Assembly (NCBI GenBank): GCA_951406725.2
Contig: OX597822.1
Location: 68,696,001-68,760,000 of the forward strand
Length of the DNA: 64,000 nucleotides
DNA from: Octopus vulgaris
Lineage: Eukaryota
Direction of reading: 5' to 3'
Positions 52,011 through 64,000 of the stretch are shown here, piece by piece. Within the stretch, counting starts at the first letter, position 1, and every line of letters begins with the position of its first letter. The notes beneath the pieces were generated by a model. The model did not search any database, had not been told where the DNA came from, and worked only from the letters and a program-made list of their open reading frames with translations. Both the position numbers and the translations under genes were made by a program.

Positions 52011-53829
52011 TACCAGAGCAATGCAAAATGAAATGCCTTGCTCAAGAACACAATGTGTCACCAAGACAAGCTATCGAAGCCAAACCCTTATGGTTGTGGG
52101 TTTGATTCCTTGTACAATACTGCAGAGCACTAGTCTAATGTCCTAAATGTATCTAATATCAAGAGACAACCCTTTTCAATCTTTACAAATGCTGCCTACC
52201 TCCTCCTCCTCCTTTCCCATTCCTCCTATCTCTTCCAACGCCTAACCCCTACACATTCACTTATATGTTTTACTTGTTTCAGTCATTAGACTGTGGCCAT
52301 GCTGGGGCACTGCCTTGAAGAATTTTAGTCATACAAATTGACCTCAGTACTTATTATCTTTTATAAAACATGGTACTCATTCTATCGGTCTCTTTTGCTA
52401 AACTGCTAAGTTATGGGAACATAAACACACCAACACCAGTTGTCAAATAGTGGCAGGGGTACAAACACAGACACACATACAAGAAGGACTTCTTTCAGTT
52501 CCCATCAACCAAATTCACTCCCAAGGCTTTGGTCAGCCTGAAGCTATAGTAGAAGACATTTGCCCAAGGTGTCACAGTGGGACTGAACCCAGAACCATGT
52601 AGTTGGAAAGCAGACTTCTTACCACTTAACCATGCCTGTACATCTTAGTTTTTCTGTCTCTATTCACCCCGACCTGGACACCACATCACCCCTATTTATC
52701 TCTTCAGGGATATTACGGATTCATTCTCACAATCTCCTTTAAGCATGAGTGGCTATGTAGCTCCTCTACAACAAGAATCTCCTCTATCCCAACCCCTTCT
52801 CTCATACCTTAACCTTTATCTTATATAAGGACACCTCCCACTTCTTGGAATTTGCAAGACTTGTAAGCTGCATGGCAACCTCGACAGAACTAGTGCCGCA
52901 TAAAATGCACCCTGTATGCAAAGTAAAGTGGTTGGCAGTAGGAAGGGCATCCAACTGTAGAGGCAATGTCAGACCAGACACTAGAGCACAATGCAGTCCT
53001 TGGATCCATCAGATCCTGTCAAACCAGCCAAGCATGCTGGCATGGAACTTGGACGTTAGACGGTGATGGTGGTGGTGGTGAGGATGGTAAGGGGGAAGAG
53101 GATGGTAAGGAAGAAGACAATGGTGAGGAGGAGGACGATGGTAAGGAGGAGGAGTATAACAAATGAATTGCACCAATTAAAATTAGATATTATTTTTATA
53201 AATCTTTAGAACTAGAATTTATCTCAATTTTTTAATTAAATTGTCTCCATGTATATTAACTTGAGAACATATATGAGAGGCTGATGAGCACCAGGTCTTC
53301 TGATTTACAAACTAATACATAATACAGAGCTGCAGAAAACAAAGAATAATAAGGAATCAGCAAAAGGTTTGCTGGTTTGTATCTTGTGACCTTTATTATT
53401 AGTTTGTTATTACCAATGAGGAGTGGCTGTGTAAGTAAGTAGCTTTCTTACGAAACACATGGTTCCGGGTTCAGTCCCACTGTGTGGCACCTTGGGCAAG
53501 TGTCTTCTACTATAGCCTCAAGCCGATCAAAGTCTTGTGAGTGGAATTGGTAGACGGAAACTGAAAGAAGCCCATCGTATATGTGTGTGTGTGTGTGTGT
53601 GTGTGTAAGTGTTTGATTGTGCCTGTGTTTGTCCCTCCAACATCACTTGACAACCAATGCTGGTGTGTTTACATTTCCGTAGCTTAGCAGTTCGACAAAA
53701 GAGAACAATAGAATAAGTACTAGGCTAACAAAGAATAAGTCCTGGGGTCGATTTGCTCGACTAAAGGCGGTGTTCCAGCGTGGCCGCAGTCAAATGACTG
53801 AAACAAAAAAAGAGTATTAATGATCAAGG

Positions 53830-54250
53830 ACATCATATGGAAGAAGAAGACCAAGCATGACATGTTTAGCTGTGGCCAATCACTCCGATGCATGATCGGA
53901 AGTCTCTGCTGTAGGTCAAGCACTGGTGGTCTTTTGGGACTAAAGACAAAGAGTTGGCTATAGACTTGTATGGTACACATTTTCTTTATGCCCCATACAA
54001 TCCTATTTAGTTCATAGGAAGTGGCACCACTGTTGATGCATCTTCGCCAAGCAGGGTAGTCCTGTGCTTGCCTTCCCCAAGTGCTGAGGGTTGATCTCAA
54101 AGCTTTTCAGAGAGGCTTTGAATGTGTCCTTGAAGTGCTTTTTCTGTCCACCTTATGTGCGCTTGCCTTCTGCCAGTTTGCAGTAAAACAGTTTCTTGGG
54201 AAGTTGTATCAGGTATTCTAACAAGGTAGCCTGATCACCTGACTTGCTCT
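53830..54250 (-). mobile_element. RTE (BovB-like) LINE 3' fragment
   Basis: Minus strand encodes ..SGYLVRIP..LAEGKRT.GGQKKHFKDTFKASL..WGRQAQDYPAWRRCI across frameshifts. Confidence 0.75.
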
Positions 54251-54716
54251 CACCTATATGTGTAGTGCCCTTGATTAAAACATTTAACCCTCACTAGCAA
54301 ACAGGCACCAAAGATAGAGTAAGGTTCATCCTGGTGATAAAAACAGTAGGGTAAAGGGTAAAGACTCCCTTTGGTCATGAATGACCATGGGATTGCATTC
54401 AGAAATTTCCCATATCAGGCTCAAGGCTGTTTTATAGAAGACCAACAGTCACCCATGCATACCAGCCTCATCTCTCCATGCCACCGAAATTATCCAAGAG
54501 ATAAACAAAGAGTAATACAGCTTTTGGCACCAGTGACAAAGGCCAATACAGCTTGGCACAAGCTGAGTGAACTGGAGCAATGTGAAATAAAGTGTCTTGC
54601 TCAAGAACGCAACATACAAACCGTACAAGTAGTACATAATGCAGTCTTATGAATCTTGAAATAGTTGTGGAATCTCATTTCTCACTTCAGTGTATTCTTC
54701 CTTGAAAACCATATAC

Positions 54717-54902
54717 CAGCGATTCTCAACAGTGACTCCTAGGGCCACATGTGACCCCACTGATGGTCTTCTCACAACAAATATAATAAATTTTTATTTA
54801 ACTGACTTGTGTTTTGGTTTCTGGGTGCATCCCTTCCCCACCCCCTCCTCCAAATCAAGGTTTTGAATCTGGCCCGGATATTAAAAAGGTTCGGAACCAC
54901 TG
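54717..54902. mobile_element. hAT MITE
   Basis: cagcgattctcaac / ggttcggaaccactg termini and 8-bp TSD ccatatac/ccttatac. Confidence 0.75.
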
Positions 54903-56274
54903 CCTTATACACTAATTTCACTTCCAGGCTCAATGGAAGTAAGTAGTCCACCATTCAATAGCAAAATTTTCTTTTTTTTTTTGCTGTTGTTGAATCAATA
55001 AGCTTGGACAGTATTGATGAAATAAAGTTCTAAATTAAAATCAACCGAAAGTGCCACATATCAAACTATCGGGCTTGGAGTGGTGCTTGTGTCATTGAAA
55101 AAATAGGTTGAAAAATAATAAAAGAAAGAAATCATTGGATTATAACTTTGAGAAAACAACTTGAGAGACAGAGAAAGAGAGAGAGAGAGACGGATGTGGG
55201 GGTGACACATGTAAATAGTTTTGATTGTGAAGTAACATTAGTGAGAGTAGTAGATTTCTGGAAGTATGGTTGTAAACTACGTTGCTGTCCTACTTAACAA
55301 TTCAAGCAGCCCATATACAAAGAATGCTGCAGTCAAAAACCATAAATGAATATAAAAAAAAAAAATGTACAGTGCTGTCAGATATAATACAATCGCTTCT
55401 TTTTTTATATAAAGCACGATATATAAAGAACTTAAAATCAACCAAAGTAACAACCTACTCCTAATAATCATCTGTAAATGGCATAGTTTCCGTCTATTAT
55501 TTACACATTTATGACTTTTCATATATAAAATATACCTATTAGATCCTACGTAGATCTTTTCAGTTTTCTCTGTATAAAGAAAGCTATTTCAACATTGTTA
55601 TACCTCTTCCTTAAAACTTCCAAGTGATTAAACTGCATTTCATTGATCTAAAGCATAGTCAGGTTCTTGGCTCACACATGAAACTCAACTTGCCATTATT
55701 TACTGAAGTTTGCAGTCTTTTCACTTCTTCTAAGATCGCTGTTCCAACAAATGACTTTTTTAAAATTTATTTTTATTCACAGAATGTTAGTTAATTGAAG
55801 GCTTCATCCCACCGACTCCAATACACTTAAACCTCTACCTACCCAACTTCTGTGCACTTTTTCACACAGAGATTTTTTTTTTCTGAAATACCATACAACA
55901 AAGCTCACACTCCTAAAATCAGGATTTCTTTAATATGTGAACCAAATATCTTGGTCCTATTATTGATGTTATCAAGCTAAATATGACAAACAAAAACCAC
56001 ACACACACATATACATAAGTATTTTTCTGTTTCCTTTCTATTCAAAGTCTTAATTTATTTATTGCACATACAATTAGATTGAAAAGTAAGGATTTCATTC
56101 AGAATTTCTGAATTAGGTACAGATATGGCTGTGTGGTTAAGAAACTTACTTTGCAACCACGTGGTTTCAAGTTTAGTCTCACCCTAGGCAAGAGTCTTCT
56201 ACTATTATAGCCTCAGACTGACCAATACCTTGTGAGTGGGTTTGGTAGATGGAAATTGTGTGGAAGCCCATTGT

Positions 56275-56335
<61 letters not shown>

Positions 56336-57509
56336 CACATCTTTGTGTTTGTGTTTGTTTATTCCCCACTGAAAAGTAAAAGTAAAAACCCCCCTTTGGT
56401 CATAAATGACCATGGGATTGCACCTAGAAAGTTCCCTTCCGAGGCACAAGTCCGAGCAAGGTTGTTTTTGGAAGGTTGTTTTAAGGTGGTGAGCTGGCAG
56501 AAACGTAAGAACACGGGGCGAAATGCTTAGCAGTATTTCGTCTGCCATTAAGTTCTGAGTTCAAATTCCGCCAAGGTCGACTTTGCCTTTCATCCTTTCG
56601 GGGTCGATAAATTAAGTACCAGTTACGCACTGGGGTCGATGTAATCGACTTTATCCCTTTGTTTGTCCCCTCTATGTTTAGTCCCTTGTGGGCAATAAAG
56701 AAATACAGTTGTTTTCGGAAGACCGGCAGTCTCTCATGCATACCAGCCTCCCCTGTCCACATCACTGACATTATCAAAGGGAAAAGCAAAGGCTGATACA
56801 ACATGGCACCAGTGATACTGCAGCTCATTTCTACAGCTGAGTGAACTGGAGCAACGAGAAATAAAGTGTCTTGCTCAAGAGCACAACACAGCTTACTACT
56901 AGTACAGCTTGACAATTAGAATTGGTTTCTTTATACCTCCATCACCTAGCAGTTCATCAAAAACGGACTGGGATCAATTATTTTGACTAAAAAGACCCTT
57001 GAAGGTGGTGCTCCAGTATGGCAGAAGTCCAATGAGTGAAGTAAAAGATAAATGATAATATTCTAACCCATCTTGATGTAGGTCTGTCATGAATCCAAGA
57101 GCTAATAAGACCACAGTTTAACCCAGTTTCCATAAGATAAGAGACTGAGGTTACAACATTCACATCTGAATTGGATGCTGGTCAACTGCAGTGACCCATC
57201 TATAGAGAAGATGCAAATTCATTACCTGTAGGAAGAAGTCTTGATAAAATAACCATGTGGCCATTTTAACTCTTAGTATGTTAATGGTGAATATTATTGT
57301 TTTCTTTTATTCTTTTATTTGTTTGTCATTTGACTGTGGCCATGCTGGAGCACCACCTTTAGTCAAACAAATCGACCCCAGTACTTATTCTTTGTAAGCC
57401 TAGTACTTATTCTATCGGTCTCTTTTGCTGAACCGCTAAGTTATGGGACATGAACACATCAACATTGGTTGTCAAGTAATGGTGAGGGGACAAACATAGA
57501 CACACAAAC

Positions 57510-57554
<45 letters not shown>

Positions 57555-58835
57555 GACTTCTTTCAGTTTCTGTCTACCAAATCCACTCACAAGGCTTTGG
57601 TCAGCCCAAGGTTACAGTTGCCCAAGGTTTAAAAAGAAAGTTTATATATTAAAAAAAAAATGCACCCTGCATAGAGTTACTGAGTTAAATTTAAAATACC
57701 TGACCACCTTGACCTCATCATCATCAATTAACATCCATTGTCCATGCTGGCATAGATTGGACGGCTTGACTGGGCTGGCACGTTGAAAGGCTGCACCAGA
57801 CCCCAGTTTGATTTGGCATGGTTTTCTACAGGTGGATGCCCCTCCTAAACCCAACCACTCTGAGAGTGTAATGAGTGCTCTTATGTGCCACCAGTACGGG
57901 TGCCATTGGGCTTCTCTCAGTTTCCATCTGTGAATCAATAAATGCCAGTCAATTTCTTTTTAAATTAGCACCCAAATTGGTTTAATTTTGGTGATACTTT
58001 CAAAAATATAAATTCTGAAATTGATACAATATAAGGTACCACCCAAGATTCAGAGACCAAGAAGACTTACTACATTGTTCTTTTTTTTCTTCTTCTTCTT
58101 CTTCATTGTTATCCTTCTTGTTATAATTATCATTGTCATCATCATTTTATGTCTATTTTTCATGGTGGCATAGACAGGATGGTTCAACAGGACCTGGCAA
58201 GCCAGAGCACCACATCATGTCCCAATGTTTGCTTTTGGCATGGTTCTTATGAATGGATGCCCTTCTCAACACCAAACCTACTGGTTTATTTAAAGAAAAA
58301 ATTCATACAGCTTAATTAAAAGTGTAGGGACAGCATCCATGATACTTTTCAAGGCTTCTGTGACAGGAAGTAGGAAGAGAGGAAGCAATCCAGACTGGAG
58401 ATGTTCCATGTTCAAATGTCTACAACAGAGTGGACCTCTGTAGGAAGAACCCAAAGACCAAGCGGTGGCGTTAAAAATGGCGAATGAAGAATACCACCCA
58501 AAGCAGAAACAGTCACACAGACAGGTTTCCATTAATAACTTTGCATCAAAATTTCATATCAATTTATGTTTCAAACAGAAGATTAATTAAGGATAAACTT
58601 GTTTCACTAAATTCTTCATTATTTTCAAAATTAAGCAAGATAAAGGTAGTGTCTTTCAACAGAAATATGGTGACAAAAGGGTTAAGGGTTCACATCAGTG
58701 GAATGGTCAGCCATTTTACTTTTACATGTTAATGCAACAAGCAGGTTAGTCCTGTTGCTGGAAGAACAGAATTAATTAATCACTGCCAAAACTGAAAGAG
58801 ATCCATTTTAGCTGTTACTGCCTCTCGTGGAGCAG

Positions 58836-58993
58836 CTACAACTACCACCACCACCATCGATACTACTACTACTACCACTACCACCACCACCACTTTTACT
58901 ACCACTACCGCTACCACCACTACTACTACCACCACCACTATTACTACTACTACCGCTGCCGCCACCACCACTACCACCACCGCCACTATTACT
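58836..58993. repeat. (CTA/CCA)n trinucleotide tract
   Basis: Direct reading. It explains the poly-V/G/P ORFs. Confidence 0.9.
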
Positions 58994-60030
58994 ACACAAT
59001 AAGTGTCATAGAAAAGTGCCATCTGACTCATTGGTAAACACAACAACTACTAGCAATATCAATATGTAATATCATATCTCCTCTCTGTCTTTTCTACCAT
59101 TACTTATTTCAACGATTCCTGGTTCACCCACTCCTATAGTCATCCCCCCACTTAAGTCTCATCTGCAAACCACCACACCAAACGCATCAGCTCAAGCCAT
59201 TAGTTCTTTCTATGCAATTGCATATCACTAGGTGTTACCACCCTCCCCAACCACCACTATCACCACCACCACCACCACCACCACCACCACCATTACCATC
59301 ACTGCATGTCTACAACTTCTATGCAGGTATCAACCTGCAGAAATCCAAGTTGATTGAATGGACTTCATGCATCAGTGACCGTGGTAGATAGATAAAGTAC
59401 ATTATTACACTTAATTTAGGAAAAAAAAGGCTCTTCATTCAAATCCAGTCCAGTACTATGTACACAAGCAGTACTAAGATACCTGATGGCAATCGAAGAT
59501 ACTGATAATAAAATAAATAAATAAATAAATAAATAAAAAAAGAAAAAAAGAAAAATTGACCAGAGCTTCATGTAAATATAAATATTGAATAAATACTAAA
59601 AAAAAGAAAATCATTCATCACTGAAGGTGAGAATAACAGTTTGAAAATTTATTCTTATTATTTTCTTGCATTTTATTATTGAGAGAGAGAGAGAGGGGGG
59701 GAGAGAAAGAAAGAAAGAAAGAAAGGGGACAAAGAGAAGCAATGGAACAAATATGTATAAATGTATTCATTTGTTTTGTTTGTTTGTTTTTTTTTTGGGG
59801 GGGGGGGGGTTATATTGACTATACACATAGAATGATGATCAAGAAAATTATGCTGAATAAACTTCACACCGTAGAAACTGTGTAGTTCAAAAGAAAGAGG
59901 AATATGTTGTTTTTTTGTTGTTTTTTTTACTTTATCAGTAAAATAAAATTGAAAGACTTTTATTTTCTAAAAACACAACTATTAATTCAATGACAGTAAA
60001 CGAAACAAAATTTTTGCGAGAGAGAGAGAG

Positions 60031-60095
<65 letters not shown>

Positions 60096-63000
60096 AGGGA
60101 ATTTGTCCCGTTCTGCCAATATTGTGTCGGTACACACACACACACACAGACAAACATATATTGAAAATACACACATGTACATATATTTACATATACATAT
60201 ATTCACACATACATATATTCACATATACATATTATTCACACATACATATATTCACACACATACATGCATACACATCACCACCACCCACCCACACAAGCAC
60301 ACTTATGCGGATACGTATACATCAGTCGCTATTGCGATATCTTCACATTTTGTTTTGGCATTTTAAAGTCTGACAAATCTAGTTTACAGGTTACCATACA
60401 AAGGGACACAACTCCTAAAATTCAGACACAAAACACAATTTTCATCCTTTGTCATATTTACAAGGTATTGATCTTTGTCCAAACATTTTATATTTATGCT
60501 TCTGCTTCTTCAGTTTACCATTTATGTTACAACCAAAATTAATTAATCCATCCCAACATAGAAGAATGTTTAGTTCCTGTAGATGAGAACGCTATGTGAG
60601 ATTTTATTATAATAAAGAGGCAAAAATATAAAAAGAAACATTTTAGTACTCAACAGAACAGTTAAGAAAATAATTAAAAATCTACTTAATATACTAATCA
60701 GTTCTTTTGTATTGAAATCATTGAGTGTATCAAACATGGTATATTGGCTCAGCTCCAGATATTTATTATTTTGGCAATGCAGCATTTCAAAATACTGAGA
60801 AAGAGAATAGGCTTGACGCCCAAAGAGTATTATTGGATTGAGTTGAAAAATCTTCCATTTGAAGTGTGTATGTCATAAGGTAAAGGAACCACAGTGATCA
60901 ATTATATGAAGTGTCTAGAACCACTAGTCAGGATTTGTAGCTCATCACAGCCTGTATTATCTTATTAATAAGTATAAGGCTTAGCTGACACTACATGCTA
61001 CGAATAAGTTAGATTCTAGGGTAGGAATTTTAACCCAACAACTGGATGTGTGACAAATTGCTATTTAAAGGCTTTAACCCTTTTGATGCTAACCTGACTG
61101 TCCTTGGTCCAAATTTATGTTTTAAAGTAATTTTAATTATAAAACCACCCATCAAAACATCATGTTTACACTCCAAACACCAGCATGACAAACCTATTTT
61201 ACTGAATTCTTTATTATTGGTCAAAATTAATTGAGACAAAGACAGGGTAACTTAACAGAAATGTGGTCAGAAAAGAATTACTGCAAAAAGTTGTGCAAAA
61301 TACTATAGGATAGAACCTAAAATAAGAAATTAAATCTTGGCAACATAGAAAGCAATAAATAAAATAAGATTTTTTTTTTTTTGTCTAGATTTCTTTTTAT
61401 TTTAATTCTCAGATATGTTAAAAAAAATTGCACTACTGCATCACTCATACATCTGACCATTTTTTTTTTTTTTATTCATTGAATCTTAGTTCTATAAGAT
61501 TGTATCTACCTATCAGACATAAATGAAACTATTGCATAAATACAACAGTAAAGTCATAAAACAAATGTTTTTAGTGTCTTGTTTAGAGTTCAAATCCTTT
61601 CCCAGACTGACTCTGGAGTCAATAGCCTAAGTGGTATACTAATTTAATTGATTATATACCACACTGCTACAAAGGTTGGCTTTAAGCCTAGTTCAAAGAA
61701 AAATCAATTTTTGTATAAATTTTCATATGGCAAAAAAATCCACATGAAACATTATTATAACTGAAATTTTTAAAAATGCATTTAACTAAACAAATTCCTT
61801 TAAGATTTTAAAATAATCTAAACAAGTACAACATAATGAGGATAATTTAAAGAGTTAATAAAAGTCTATTTAAAATAGACAGAAATATCTATATCTGTAT
61901 ATTTTGTAATCAACAATGCAGAGAGTATGAAGTCACATGACCGAGAGGTTAGAGTATTGGGTACACAACTGCTAGATTGTATGTTTGATTCATCGAGTGG
62001 GTGATGCACTATGTCTTTGAGCAAAGCACTTCATCTCATACTGCAACAATCAGTTAAAACTGAGTACCAGTGGTAGCTGGTGTGGGGGGGGGGACCCTGC
62101 GATGGAATGACATCCCACTCAGGAAACAGTCTTATACTCTCACTTGGCTCATTCTTCTCTTACTATTCTATATATATAAAGCTGAAGTTGTGTGTGTGTG
62201 TGGCAGGTTTGGTAGCCTTCAACTAACACTATCTCCTCCAAGACCCAGCGGCGCAAGTTGACCAAAATTGAGAGTATGATAGAAGAAGGCTTGCTTCTTC
62301 ATTCCATAGAAGAAAAAATTAAAATCGGACCATGTTAAGACCAAAAATTATTTACATGAGAAATGTACTTTTTTCTATGAAAATCCCTATTTTTTACAAT
62401 TTTTTAACTAAGGGTTGCCATTTTTCGGTGTATAACGAATATAGTAAAATAACTTTGTCGATATTATTAAATTAATCTAGGGTCTGGAATATGAATTCAC
62501 ATGAATTTTTGATAGAAGGTCTTTAATATGAATCACTTTAAAACAGGATGTTTGTGTCACAGAACCAGAGGCAGTGTCAGGCAGGATGACACCAAAAAGA
62601 TTAAAAACATGGAAAATCTGGATAAGTTCTGATTACATACACCTGTAGGCTCAAGGTGAGCCCTTTTAATGTAGAGGGTGGTGTGAATGTTTTCAAAATA
62701 GATTTCAATCTGTGTACAAAATTCTTTAGTGCTTTAATTAGTTAAAATAACAAGGTTATTTCAATGCTGGACTATAGCTGTTAATTAGGGGGGAAAAAAC
62801 ACAGCTGACACACACAATTTAGCATATTTTCTTTATTATTTTTATTTACGGAAAGAGGCAGCAGTAACCAAAATAGTTGACTGCCAGACTATACAGTCTG
62901 TCATGTTTAATCTTGTCGCTTCTGGGTTCAAATTCCTTGAAAGCAAACTTTACTTTCATCAAATGTACCTTTTACCTTCTTATTTCTTTTTTTTTACTTG

Positions 63001-63514
63001 TTTTAGTCATTTGACCGTGGCCATGTTGGGGCATCACCTTGAAGAATTTGTAGTCGAATGAATTGACCCCAGACTTAATATCTTGCCAACCCTGGTACTT
63101 ATTCTATCAGTCACTTTTGACGAACCGTTAAGTTATAAAGACATAAACATACCAACACCGGTTGCCAAGCAATGGTGAAGGACAAACAGACACAAAGACA
63201 TACACACACATATACACAATAGGCTTCTTTCAGTTTCTGTCTGCCAAATCCATTCACAATGCTTTGGTCAGCCCAAGGCTGTAGTAGAAGACACTTGCCC
63301 AAGGTGCCACGCAGTGGGACTGAACCAGAGTTGAAAAAGTAAAAAATGAATACCAGTAATATACTGGATCATATACAAGGACAGAAAGGAAACAGGTTGA
63401 CAAACAACCTCTGGCAGCATCCAAAATAAGCATATGATACTTGGATTTTTAAAAAAATTTTATGGAAGAATACGAAGTCGATTTCCTGTTGCCTTCCTTC
63501 AGATATTCTTTAAA

Positions 63515-63673
63515 CCATATTTGATAGCATAAAAAATGTCTAGGTATATTAGATGCACCCATATTTTAGTAGCACATATAATAGAGACCCCACTCTGCAC
63601 ACAGGACTGGGGGGGGGGGGTTCTGATATACTTTTAGGGGGAAAAAATGCATTCTATATGCCATCAAATATGG
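63515..63673. mobile_element. pogo/Tigger-like MITE
   Basis: TIR ccatatttgatRgcata / tatgccatcaaatatgg. Confidence 0.6.
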
Positions 63674-64000
63674 TCAGTGCAGACATGTCCACCTTTGCAA
63701 ACACATGATTTTAGGTCCAATTCTCTGAGGTACCTTGGACAAGCATTTACTACTATAGCCCAGGGCCAATCAATGCCTTGAATGTTGATATTCCACAGCT
63801 TCACTTGTCATTCTCTGAGGGAATCAGTGATATGATGTTCACATTCCTTGTTTACATTATGGCCCATCAGCCTGCACTTTTAAAGACCAGTGGAATCTTA
63901 AAAATTTTCTTACTTGAAAAACAGGTAAGAGTTAGTGACAGGAAGAGCATCCAACCATAAATGATTGCATCAAATGAGTCCCCGTCTAACCCATCTGACA

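Noticed and set aside
58321-58525. GC-richer segment resembling an exon or LINE fragment
   Set aside because: No motif I can confidently assign in any frame.

Overview
AT-rich, microsatellite-saturated eukaryotic DNA with no host protein-coding gene that I can support. Almost all ORFs in the track are artefacts of (TA)n/(TG)n/(CAT)n repeats or SINEs. The repeat content looks like a coleoid cephalopod, probably Octopus, intron or intergenic region; this is inferred from repeat style, not a database hit. It includes several tRNA-derived SINE families, hAT/mariner/piggyBac-type MITEs, Helitron/Helentron derivatives, CR1 and RTE LINE scraps, and a decayed Gypsy element. The unexpected layer is catalytic RNA: about ten minimal type-I hammerhead ribozyme (HHR) motifs occur in 64 kb. 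They include a retrozyme-like tandem dimer with two HHRs 361 nt apart (49.8-50.5 kb) and a near-perfect 600-bp palindrome carrying two HHRs with a compensatory G3-C8 core swap (24.8-25.4 kb). There is also a tRNA-headed, TSD-flanked Penelope-type hairpin element (28.9-29.3 kb) and a cluster of Penelope-like HHR/inverted-repeat modules nested in (TA)n tracts. All structures were read by eye, so coordinates may be off by a few bases and no activity is demonstrated.
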